Source: Phoronis australis (Eukaryota > Animalia > Phoronida). From it: a stretch of 56,783 bases of DNA. How positions within the stretch are numbered: the first letter of the stretch is position 1; the number at the start of each line of letters is the position of its first letter. Shown one piece after another: positions 12,001 through 24,000 of this stretch. The DNA lies in NCBI GenBank assembly GCA_002633005.1, contig NMRA01000590.1:204639-261421 (forward strand), in the 5' to 3' direction. A program made the position numbers and the translations under genes. The notes beneath the pieces are model-generated. The model saw nothing but the letters and a program-made list of their open reading frames with translations. It ran no database searches and was not told the origin of the DNA.

Positions 12001-15000
12001 NNNNNNNNNNNNNNNNNNNNNNNNNNNNNNNNNNNTGTTAAAAGTCATCTATACATGGTATTTACGATGGTTATGGCCGTGGTGGTGATGGTGATGGCGG
12101 TGCTAGTGATTGTGGTCATGGTGGTAACAGTGGTGGTTTCAATGGCCTGCATGGCGTTGGTAGTCCCGACTGTAATATGGATACAACATTCCACTTTATT
12201 GCTGAGACGGCGGTAATGGTGGATATCTTTACTTGGGAATAATTCTGTAACAGTAGCATTGCGCGATGAGTAGTTTTCTCCAAAACCGATTTGCACCGGT
12301 TGTTTGGCAACCCCGGACATACGGAGCACATGACGGATCACGCGCATACTTTTCAGCAAGGTGTGACCGCGTAGTAGGCCAGGATGCAGAGCGTGATTCG
12401 CGGAAGTTTAATTTAAACCCCTGACCTTGTCCTGGAGTGTGAGCATACATGTATTCTGGGACACCGTTATATAACATGACTTAAACTGACGAAAGGATGT
12501 ACCAGCTGACAGCGACATTCAACCAAAACCAAAAATATAGTCCGGTGGGTGAAAAAGGTACTTGCAATTTAGTTTTCCCTTAGTTTATTGGCCGACAACA
12601 TTTCTCTCCCCCCAAACAAATAGTGAATTAACAAAATTTCATCGTAAACCTCCTAAGGATCATAACCCAAAAATGAGCATATTTGGTTCTGGTCTGCATC
12701 CCCACTCATTTTTAAACCTAAAACTCGCCTGAATAAACAATTGTTTTCATGCGCACACCCGGGGGGGTCTCGGGGGGCGAGCCCCCCATTTGGCGACGTG
12801 GGCAAAAAGGTCCGCCCCCGAGAGACAAAAAGTCCGAGAAAATGGGACAAAAGTCCATTAAATAAGCCAAATGCGCAATTCACAATGGTGCTCCCGTTGT
12901 TTTTCTTTTTTTTTTAGTCCGCCCGCTCTTTTGTTAGCAAAAGGTCCACAACGCCGGTAATTCGAGCCCCCCCCCCCCAAAATTGAAGGCTGAGTGCGAG
13001 CATGGTTTTGGTCAAGTTCTCAATTTTTTCTCAAGTCGCCCAAACGCATGGGTAAAGCCAGTTTTCAACCGATGAGGCTGGTTCTACGCTTTCATACACT
13101 AAAGATAAATTATAACTTCAGATTGACAAGCGTAAGCGCCGCCCTCGCCATGGTCGCTGTCAATCGGTGCGCCACTGACGCTGGTTAAGACGATATGAGG
13201 AACCACGCAGCTAAAAATGCCGCACCAAAACGACGCAAACCAGAATCAATTAAACTCTGTCTTTGACATGGAGCCAAATTAATGACAGAAGTTTCATTGT
13301 AAATAAAACCGTCCATACCACTGGCTCGCATTTCGTGTCACCTGCAGTCAAACATATCGCCAATTCGACCTCTACCGTCAACGTCTCGGACAACGGGGGG
13401 GCAAACATGACCATCTTCAATGTAGTTGAGTCCGTGGTAAGAGTGTTCCCATCTTTTTTACCTGTTTGCTGAATGGCGTTTTTAAGAGACGTTTCTCCTC
13501 CAGTCGTGCAGCTTAATAATGAGAAGAAAATGTTTTCAATCGATAATTGCATAGGCAATGAAATCAAAAACAAGCGTTTTATCAGTCACAAAATCCAACA
13601 TTGGCACTGGTAAACTTACTATCATAGTTGCCCATTGATGCAAACAAAACCACAGAAACAGTGGGTGTGAGATCACCAACAGAGTATCCAGTTCTTGTTG
13701 CCTACTGCAACATCAGGCAGTCACCCTGAGAACTCCTCGAATAGGAATGTAAAGTCATTTGGTCTAGAGTCCAGTTGTTGGCTTTTGATATGCATTGAGA
13801 TGTGAAATATCGGCCATTATGTTTTCTGGGTGTCTGAGCATAGATATACATGTATAGGCAGAATAGAGTACATTGTACTGTTGGTAAACACAGGCACGTT
13901 TAAACAACACCGGAAGGTTGCCAGTCTTGTTTCTTAGTTTCTTGGTGATTTTAATTTACGTCTTACCCTGTCTCAATCACCTGAATGCTGTTTGTTGTAC
14001 CTGACTTGTACCAGGCATTAACGATTTTTGCAAGTCCAGCATAGGTCCCTGGGGCTACAAGATCGAATAAATTAATAGACATCATGACTACGTTTTTGAA
14101 ATTTTACGACTTACGAATGCAACTCAACAGTTATGAGTATAGCTGTGTACATGCATCAAAANGTGGGTGTGCGTGTGCATGTGCAGGTGTGTATGTATGA
14201 AGCGTCAAAGGGTTTTGAAACGAGTATCTTTCTGCGCGAAGACATATGCTTAATTTACGTGTACTTTTGCTTAATCTAAAGGTATTTTGCTTAATTTGCA
14301 CGTGGTTTTGCTAAGTCTACGCTTACTTTTAATACGCGCTATTTTTCTTATTCTACGCGAACTTTTAGTTCTTAAACGATCATGGTTTAGCTCTTAATCA
14401 ATTAATTTGAGAGCAACGGCGCCGCTTTTAAACGATCATCGTTCTGCTCTTATTCAACTACATGTAATTTGGGAGCAACGGCGCCGCTTTTAAACGATCA
14501 TCGTTCTGCTCTTATTCAACTACATGTAATTTGGGAGCACCGGCGTGTTTGGACTACATGTATATAAATTGATATACGTGTTGATTAAAACTTTGCGTCG
14601 TACAAGCGTCGATTAAGCGAAAGTGCACTTACATTAAGCAAAATTACAGGTAGCTTAAGCAAATGTATAAGTAGATTAAGCAAAAGTACACGTAGACTAA
14701 ACAAAAGTACGCTTAGATGAAGCACAGAAATGTATTTGTTAAAGAACCCTTATGCGCTTCATAGCCGCCAGATGAGAACGAGTGCATAGCTTCGTTCTTT
14801 TTTCGCCAGGGGAACGCAGGCACCGCTCCCGAGTGAAATGCACTCGTATTGAAGAGTGCATAATTTTGTTCTTTTACAGCTAGCTGGATGCTGGCACTTG
14901 CGAGTAAAATGCACTTGTGTATCATGCATTTTAGAAGAGCCTGGCTTCGAGGCTACACTCGCTGGTTCCCTGCTTGCCACTAGGTGGTCAGTAACCAGCA

Positions 15001-18000
15001 CGCAGGTATCACTTATTTTCCTCGGGATTTTTTTTTACACCGGCGTTTCTGATTGGCTAGTCGTTTTCTCAACAGGCAGCGCTTTACGCAAACAAACTGG
15101 CATCACATATACCCCATAGTGTACGCTGGCATGACAGATGGACTGAATTGTAAATGAGGTCTGTTGTACAGACAAACGGTTTATGTTCAGGAAATGTGCG
15201 AATCCTAGAAATTGTAGTTGCGCCTTTTCGGAATGCATCTTTCTACTGTCGATGACTTTTGTTTACGATACTGTCCTGTATTCATACAGTGTGAATAATA
15301 CACTGTTAAATCGGCCAGATATGTGTTTATTGTACATGTATGAGCTTCAAGCACGCAGCTATTAAACATCACTGCCGAAACGAAATAGTTGCTGGGACGC
15401 CACTTGCATGACAAGACTAAAAATCGTTCACAGTCCGCCATTTTTTCACGGTGTTGTAAAGCTAACCAACGACTGATGAGGTTACATCAACGAATGATAA
15501 TGCGCGTGCCACTGCGTGATACATGTACCTGCGTGCTGGCTAGGCACCGGCGTAGGGGACCAGCGAGCGAGGCTACATTCACTTGACGGAAATGCACTCC
15601 AACATGCCTGCGTCCGGGACACTAGTGTAAAATAGTGCAATATAAACGTTCGCATTAACCAAAACTGAGCGGACACAACTTTCCGATCCATGCATGCAGA
15701 CGATCGGAAAACTCCGAAGTGCATGAACTTGGACACGTAAGACTTGTGCCTGAGTCCGTCTGGCGGCAAAGGGACAAACCTATGCAATCCTGTGAACGAG
15801 TGCATTACACATGTTCCCAAAGAAAACGTCCGCGTTTCATGCATGTGTTCTGGTGCGGGTATGAGTACGCAAGCGCGTGTCCGTTTCTGCAATTGTTTGA
15901 ATGTATTCATGTAGGTAGGTAGGTACATGTAGGCCTATAGGTAGGTTTGTAAGAATATGGATATACGCATGTGTATTAATGTCAACAGGCCAAAGGGTCC
16001 CTTCACAATCACAGAAACAGACAATGCAAAGTGTAGTAGAGTACGCACTCTGCAACATACTGTGGTCTACTTTCAACCGTAACTCTGTAGTCAGTAGTCT
16101 AAGGCGCATCAAACTAACGCTATCTGCACATTTGAAAAGTAACACTCGACTGGCAAACTTTGTTACATTGGACACTCTAACAGAAAATGGAACGTTATTC
16201 TCGATAGCATTCATTTAGCATATGATACGCTTGCTTCGACCTTCAAAGATTCCCGTTTCAATCCTTAACATGTGGTTTGAACCATGAAGTTTGGCTAACT
16301 GTCTTCTAAACACCGATCTGTGTGAATTGCTGAGACGAACATCTCCAAGACTGGGTATCTCAAAACGTTCGTGAAGACTAACTTGTGGGTAGATAACATT
16401 TCTGCTAGCCTGTATTGATTGTCAACATCAGCACAACACTGCTTGAAAATAGTAAAAAATAACACTTACTAGTTGGTTAGAAACCTCTTGAATTGAACGA
16501 AATTCAGAACAAATCAGTCGTGCTCTGGATGATCGTGTCGGAGCACCTGTTTACACAGTCGACAGATGTGCACGTCGTAGACGACAGTCAGAGCGTCACT
16601 CAGGCACTGTGAACTGAGTGATCCTACAGAACAGTTTTCTTTTCTCCTAGCTAAGTCACGACAGGTCACAAACTATCGTGTCACCACTCTATCCGTTCTG
16701 ATATGTCGTATTCGACAATCTAATTTGACATTCGTACACAACCGTGGACAGTGTTCGCAGACTGTGGTCGTGACTGACGAATTTTCAACAATTATGTGTA
16801 AGTGATGGGTCAAAGTCAGTAATTCACATTTAAATAACAAGCATCATTCTAAATGTCTCTTTTTATAAAAATAAATCAAATTACTAACGTCGCATTAACG
16901 TTGCTGGCTGAGCTACCAGTCAGAGTCGGTTCTCCGTTCGCATCATAAGAACATGTGTAGGTGTGCTTTGTGTCGGGGGATCCACTGTTTGTACCATCAG
17001 CTAAGACGGTAGCATAAATTGTGATTTCCGCATCGCCAGCTCCAGATGGTTTCTGAAGTTATAACGTGATTCTCTAGTTACAAGTGACATTTCTTGATGA
17101 GCATATAAGTAAACTGCAGTACGTCCCTCTAAAACGGTTGCTACAGGTTAAAAAGCAACGTTCACACATGTATATATATCTGGCATGATCACATGACACT
17201 AGGTTTGAATCGATGAAATATTGTGCGGCACAATATTCATGTAAACTAAATGAATGATTGATATCAGGAAAGGTTGCGTAGATAAAATCGATTAAAATGC
17301 CACCTGTCAAGGAGAGAAGGCCTTTCGTCAGTTACATAGAAAAAAAAGAAGCGAGTAACATAGTGAACGATAACCCTAGCCAAGGTTCCCATTAATCGCC
17401 CAACTGTTGCGCGATGTCACCACTTTTCCCGTAAACCAGTGGAATCGGCGACTGTTCAAGGGTCAATGATTCGACTAGTGCAGTTCTTTCTGTGTCTGCT
17501 GTGACGGGTTATCAACTTTCCAAACTTTTTTTGCTACAATTTAAAAGATTCAATTTTAACTGCCGTGTATTAGTGTAAGACAACATGAATGGATTTGTAT
17601 ATGTACACAGTTATGCTTCATGCCGAGACAAGGTCATATGAGCCTAATTAGTATGATAATCTGATGAGTGTGGTACGTAACTAACCGTTAATGGCCGAGC
17701 AATAGTCTGCCGACTATGTTCTCATCGAGAACAGGGGTACCTCTTAACTGGTGTAGGAAGTACTTAATGGAGGAGAGTCTCGTAAATGTTTTATTTAAGA
17801 TTGAGTGTCAAAACCTTTAATAATTACGTGTTAACACCGGAAAAATGAGTGGCGGAAACCTATCCACTAAACAATTTGAGTGAGGGGCGCTCGCCCCTCC
17901 TAGCCCCCTCCCTACCCCTACCCCGCTTCCTATGTATATGCCTTCTACGCAGAATACCTCCTGGAATAAATATTTTGCTGAAGAAAAATGACAACAAAAC

Positions 18001-21000
18001 TTGATAATCCTAAGAAATCCGGGAGAAAAAAGTAGGGCAAATTGAAGTCGCAGGGGTAAGAGTTCGCATGACATCAATATTTCAAAACTCTCCAATGTGT
18101 ACTAATTACTTGAATGAGCATCTTTGTCCAATTTCTTTTAGCCTTCCCTTATCTTTTATCTAATGTCCAATTCTTTGAGATACTTGCACAACCTACATGT
18201 GCGTTACGTTTAAGCAAAATTCGTCGTGTCGCTAGCCAGGTCAAAAAGGGTTAGCTAAGTAATTTCTTTTCGAAAACTATCATTGCCCTTGGAGTTTTGC
18301 CACAGTACTTTGCTTACCCCGAAAATCCTGTCACACACCTTGCTGTCAAATTTGAGCAAATTTCGTTTACTCAATTCGCCAACAATTGACGGTAGGGAGA
18401 CTACTGTAGAAAACTAAAGCCTACTCATAATGTGTGCTGTAGTAGCGGACTCCGCCCTAAAATTGACAGATACAGGTGTCGGCCCATTCCACCTGTGAAA
18501 GTACGTCGCATTTCATCATGATCTGTCCCGTACTGGTTTTTCGAGAAAATAGACGCAAAAGTAAAGAACACGAGGTGGCCAGAAGACACTGGACGGAAGG
18601 AAAAACGGGCGTGTATCCAACAAAAACATGACCTTACAGAACGTTTTACGCTCACGTCTGTTATTTGCAAATTCTGTTGCTTGTTTAATTCTGTTTAATC
18701 CATATTTCTTGTTTCTAAAGTTGCTCTTTAAATAAATTCCCACTATAAAACTACAGAGGGTCTGGAGTCAAGTGTCTTAAACAAGGTGGTTGTGTTGGTC
18801 ACTCGCGCACGTACAACCTGTCCGAGTTGGTCCCGCAGATGTTCGATAGGGTTCTAGGCTGCATGCGGGCCATTCCATTTGCTGTACATTTGAAAGCTGC
18901 AAACTGGGCATCCCAAACCCATTTTGCATAATTGCAAGTCATACTGAGCTCGCTAACATCATGAGTTCCAGTGTTTCACAAATTTACATGTAGTGTTCCC
19001 CCGGTGTTTATCACCATCATATAACAGGTGGTGAAAATCAGGGAAATTTGCAACATTCACTTTGAGACCACGCCCTCTTTGGCAACAAAGTTACGGAGCA
19101 TATCAAAAAGTTGTTGACAAAATTTGAATGACCGAGTTTTCCACTGGTAACAACATGATTTAACTAATCCTAAAGTAACGAAAACACGGAAGAATGAACA
19201 CAAATTTCCAAAAATTTTATAAGGTGTTTCAATACATGTACTAAAAACAGAAGTGATGAGCTAGATACCTGACTCAAAGGTCTAGCCGTGTTCATAACTG
19301 AGACACGAGCCCAAGACATTGCGTTAAGAAAGTGGACGCTGCTTCCAGTAGGCCACACTGACTCATCCAACTTTGCCTTCGAGCACCATGCAATGTATAC
19401 AAATGACGTCATTCTGTTCCGGAGAAACCGAATCATAACTGAGTCGTGAGCCAATACTAGAAATTGAACAGAAACCGAAAAGTCCTGAAGTATTTTGCAC
19501 CATAAAAGTAACTGGGGGTACTGAATGTGGTAGTGATCTTGATAATGGGGACTTCGGAAAATCTAATGAGAACAGTAATGTATTGGTACACTAACTGTCA
19601 TGATACTGCAGTTTATAAACGGAACGGCTAGTGCTAACAGTGTACTCACCGTCACTCCGCAGTTGGCATACGTAAAAGACAATGTACCAGTGCCGCCAGA
19701 CATGGTTATCTTGCAATTACCGTCTGCGGCTTTGCCTTTCACATACATTAGTGTTTTTGCACTGGCAGCCCCTGCTATGGTAAGGGTCGAACCATCTTTT
19801 CGACACATGTATGTCCCTTTAAAAAGAAACATGTATGGTGGAGTAATGGGTCAATTATTATAAAATTAAATGCAGTACAAAGTGATAACAGTTTCAACAT
19901 TAATTTCGGGGTACATTGGGTCAATCCCCTTCATAAACGATAAATACATGTACGTGTACTACATGGACATGTACTTGTCAACCTAGTCATGTTCTTTCCT
20001 CTCTAATTCCCCTTGGGTATGTATTTCGCAAGCTATAGTTAACATGCGAGATCCATGCAACAGGCGTAAGCGCGTCTCATGGCTCGCGTCTGTGGGACGC
20101 TACCATTGTTTTCGTTTGTTGCGTCTTTACGTCGCACGGATATCGTACCTTGGGCGCCCATCAGCCTGTTACGATATATGCTTACCATTATCTTTATTAT
20201 AAGAAAGAAAAATAAAATGAACAATAGATACGCCTATCTACCGATATGCATGCCAAGCTTCCTCCCTAGTTCCCCGTGGATCCTGGCATTGTCCAATTAC
20301 ACGGATTACTATCAAGCGACCTCATCAAAANCCTTCCTTTTAATTGCGTCAAAATGTAGCTGACGCCTGTAGTAATGGAAATAAATTACATCATTTTTGT
20401 TAGACGAGAAGCGCAGAGCATTGTAGAAAAATCGCCACATGGTGAACAGTGCAGATTACAATTTCTGGAAATTCAAAAATACGTCTAAGTGAGGTTACAA
20501 CGTTTAATATCAAAGGACGTAGCGTGGTGTATTGGGAGTCATAAGTAGGGTACAGGTGGGGGCCGCTCACTCAAAGTATTATCGACTAACATTGCAACCA
20601 ATGACTTCGCCCGGTATTCAAAAAAATCAAAGTTTGTGGTCAGTGTGTGCGGGCTTGTTAACAATCAATGGATATTTCGTAGTAACCTCAGCGGCAGCTT
20701 GGCGGATTACCTCCATGTATAACAGGAAAATTGTATTTCTAGTCGCTCCGTATCAAATGATTACGCAGGAGCCCAAGGTGTCCTTACGCAGTGTTTTCCA
20801 CTGTTGTGTGGTCACAAGACGGTGCAGGAAGTGACCTTCTTTAACATGAAAGCCGATTGCACGATTTCACAAAAATGGAAAATAGAGGTAACCGATTCCA
20901 ACATTGGGCCCTCTCTCCGTGAGCGACCCCTTGCGAAGTTGTCAATAAAGACAAAAAGGGTGGTCACTTGAATGTCATCAATGGCTTCCTTCAAAGGCGA

Positions 21001-24000
21001 GGACCCTAAGTATGAAAATATCTATATTTTCAAAATCAGGAATTGTGCTGCAATTGATGTTATCTGCCAGGTGATCAATTGTTCTCAAGTGATATACAAT
21101 TTCGAGATAAAAATAACGCGACAGTTTTGTCCGTTATCCCTTGCAAAACAGGGGCCTCTGGAAATAAAATAAGTTTGCATTCCCAAAATTCGTTTTTTTT
21201 TTAATTAAACAGTCGAGTAAATCAATAAGCTCCGCAAAAGCTGCACATCACAAATTTTCTCGATTTTTCGAAATATGTGTATGAGTGATTACATGCACGT
21301 TTCCAAGACGACCAGTGTTGCGAAAGCGGAGACCCCGACAACAATGTCCTGGCCACGGTCCTCAAAAGGTACACCTTGCACTGATACAGCTGTTTATCTG
21401 GTTGTATTTTAGCGTGTTACTTAAGTTGCTTACATCGCTGAAATGGGAACGTCCCACTATTTCGAAGGTTCACTAGTTCGACGATTCACCAATCCGAAGA
21501 TTCACCGCCCCAAAAATATCTAAACTTTCAAACTCAGATGTGATTCTTAAACTTTTACAGGAAAAAATAAACGATATTTCGCTTATTAGATGCACCTATA
21601 CCTAAAACACTCTGTTTGGATTCCTTGTAGACAGTGACCACCGTCTCCAGCTGGCCAGAACAACTAGAAACCGTAGTCAGATTTCATGTGCATGCAAAAT
21701 TACCCTCATGTCTTAAAATGAATACGCACTTGCATTTTAAAATGACACGAAGTAGGAATACTGGTGGATTATCAACCATGACACAATTCATCAACTCCAC
21801 GTCAAGATCGAATGGCAGCGCGACGCACACGGCCAGGTCGAAACTAAATGAAGTTACTAGGCCACCCTGCCATTGCCACTTCTCACGAAAGCAGGGAGTC
21901 CCATTTAGTCTTCTTAAATTTGAAACCGCTATTGGTCGCCGTAGCCGTGCCCCAGGTGTTGCCTCTGCTTGAGAATGAGTCGTGATCACAGAGTCAGAGT
22001 AGTGAACTGTCGGAGTTCTGGGCCCAGTCTCGAATTTTTTTACTCGAAATGGAATTCGAAATTATGTTTGGCATTTTTTACTCTACTTTAGTGCGAACTC
22101 AAGATAAGTGTCTATTACTGTATATGCTCGAGTACATAATGACTTACGTGGATGATTTATTAGTCCTCGTTTGCAATTGACAAATCCATCATTAAAGCTA
22201 AAATTTCGAGTTTCAACTCGAAATTTCAAGTTTTTACTTGAGGTTGTGGCACGAATATAAGGGTTTTTAAGTGCAAACGTGGACTAGAAACTCATATGCA
22301 TAAACTATAATTATTCGAGCACAGTCTGATAACCACTTATCTTGAGTTAGCCCAAACGGAGCAGAGATATTGTCAAAAATAATTTCGAGTTCGTTTCGAG
22401 CACAAAGACTAGAGACCGAGCCTTGGTTTTGGAATAGTGGAAATTCAAAGTAGTGAATTTTAGAAGATCACGAAGCTTCGGAGTAATGGGCGTTCGGAGT
22501 ACTGGACATTCGGAGTGTTGAACCTTCGTCACAGTGACATGGAACCTTGGGAATCTTTTCCATCAAGTTTGTAGCTCGTACGAAGTCTGCAGAGTTGTGC
22601 ACAATTGCCATCGATTGATTAGAGAAGATTGTCATTGACCAAAGTTGAGGTCTACGCCTACTTTTCCATCATAACGCGAAAATGCTCAACGGTGTACTCT
22701 GAGTCCAGAAAACACGGTAGTTGAGTGTCTGGTATTTTAGAACGACGGAGGATTGCCTATAATGAACTTACCGTCAGCGTGTACTGAATTTAAAAGAAAA
22801 GAACCATTCAAACTTGTACAGGCATTCATGTCAATCCACCAATCCACAATCAAAGCGGACACTGGATGAACAACATATTTGGATTTTTGACGATCACTTT
22901 CAATTCAAAATTTGAAAATGCCTACACCACTACCGTACTATGCTTGCAATTAAAACCAAAATAGCATAAAACCAAATCTCAATTTTCTGCTGTTTTGTTT
23001 CTTGGCCGAGTTTAAGACATTCACACCGCACTGTTTTGGGAGCTTTCTCAATGCTAGATGTATATACAAAACATGTAGCTTACTTACTAAGGTTGTAGGG
23101 CTAGACTTTTATGCTTAGATTCGCATGTGGACTCACTTGTTACCCTTTGGTGTAGCCACCACGCGCGTGGTTTATGAATTACATTAAGCCTCTTCTTATC
23201 ATATACACTATCCTGTTATCTACACAAGCAGCCGCTCTCGGGCGAAGTTTGCCGAGTACGACCCGATGACAAGTGAAGCGCGTTGAATCAGAGGCAAATT
23301 CTACATTATTACTAACTTAGTTATCATTGTAGTTAGTAGCACCAGTAGGTGCAACAATTTTGTTGTTATTGACCATTCCCATGTTTTATAAACATGCTGG
23401 GGCTGGATCTTTTCGGCGAGGGGAGGGGTTCGATCGGAACCCCCGAACCCCCCCCCCCTCCGCTACGGGCCTGTACTATTAATAATAAACTAAGTAAAAA
23501 GGTGAAGCATGAACTAGAATCTTTATTTAATTCAACAGCAACCCACTCCCCCAATGTGGATGCCCGGGGCCGTCGCCACGGTGACTGAGCACCATAAAGA
23601 AAATATATGAAAAAAAATAATTCGAACGTGTTTTGTATTCACTACAAAGACAAAAAGCGAACAGTTCCATTGCCCGCATATCTGTGTCATGCAAATGAAA
23701 TGATTGTCAATTTAACTAAACTGAAAAAGTGTCAGGAAACGTTATACCCACGAATTGTGAATAAAATATTCGTAAAATGGACAAAATGTTTAATCTACGT
23801 TGCAGCTTTGATAGCTTCCACAAAATCTAACACGACCGTACGTACTCAATATCAGGTGCCGCAGAGGTGTTTTCAGCCTTTTTGGAGAACACCATGTCAA
23901 ACATAAAATTACGGACTGTTCCAAAGAGGGGTCAACAGCCGATCTACTGATATTCTTCCTCGTACGTAGCACTGAGAACGCACCGTTTTCCAGCACTTCA

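Noticed and set aside
13620-13701. Candidate ZP exon with GTAAGT donor at 13619
   Set aside because: The phase needed to join exon 8 has an in-frame TGA; 13967-14054 fits properly.
14770-14860. GAVPAFPW, resembling the THAP AVPTIF box
   Set aside because: No upstream C2CH residues in frame; too little to call.
15113-15142. Candidate small ZP exon PSVMPAYTMG
   Set aside because: Weak donor, lies within an inverted-repeat element, and its phase (2->2) cannot follow exon 6 or precede exon 7.
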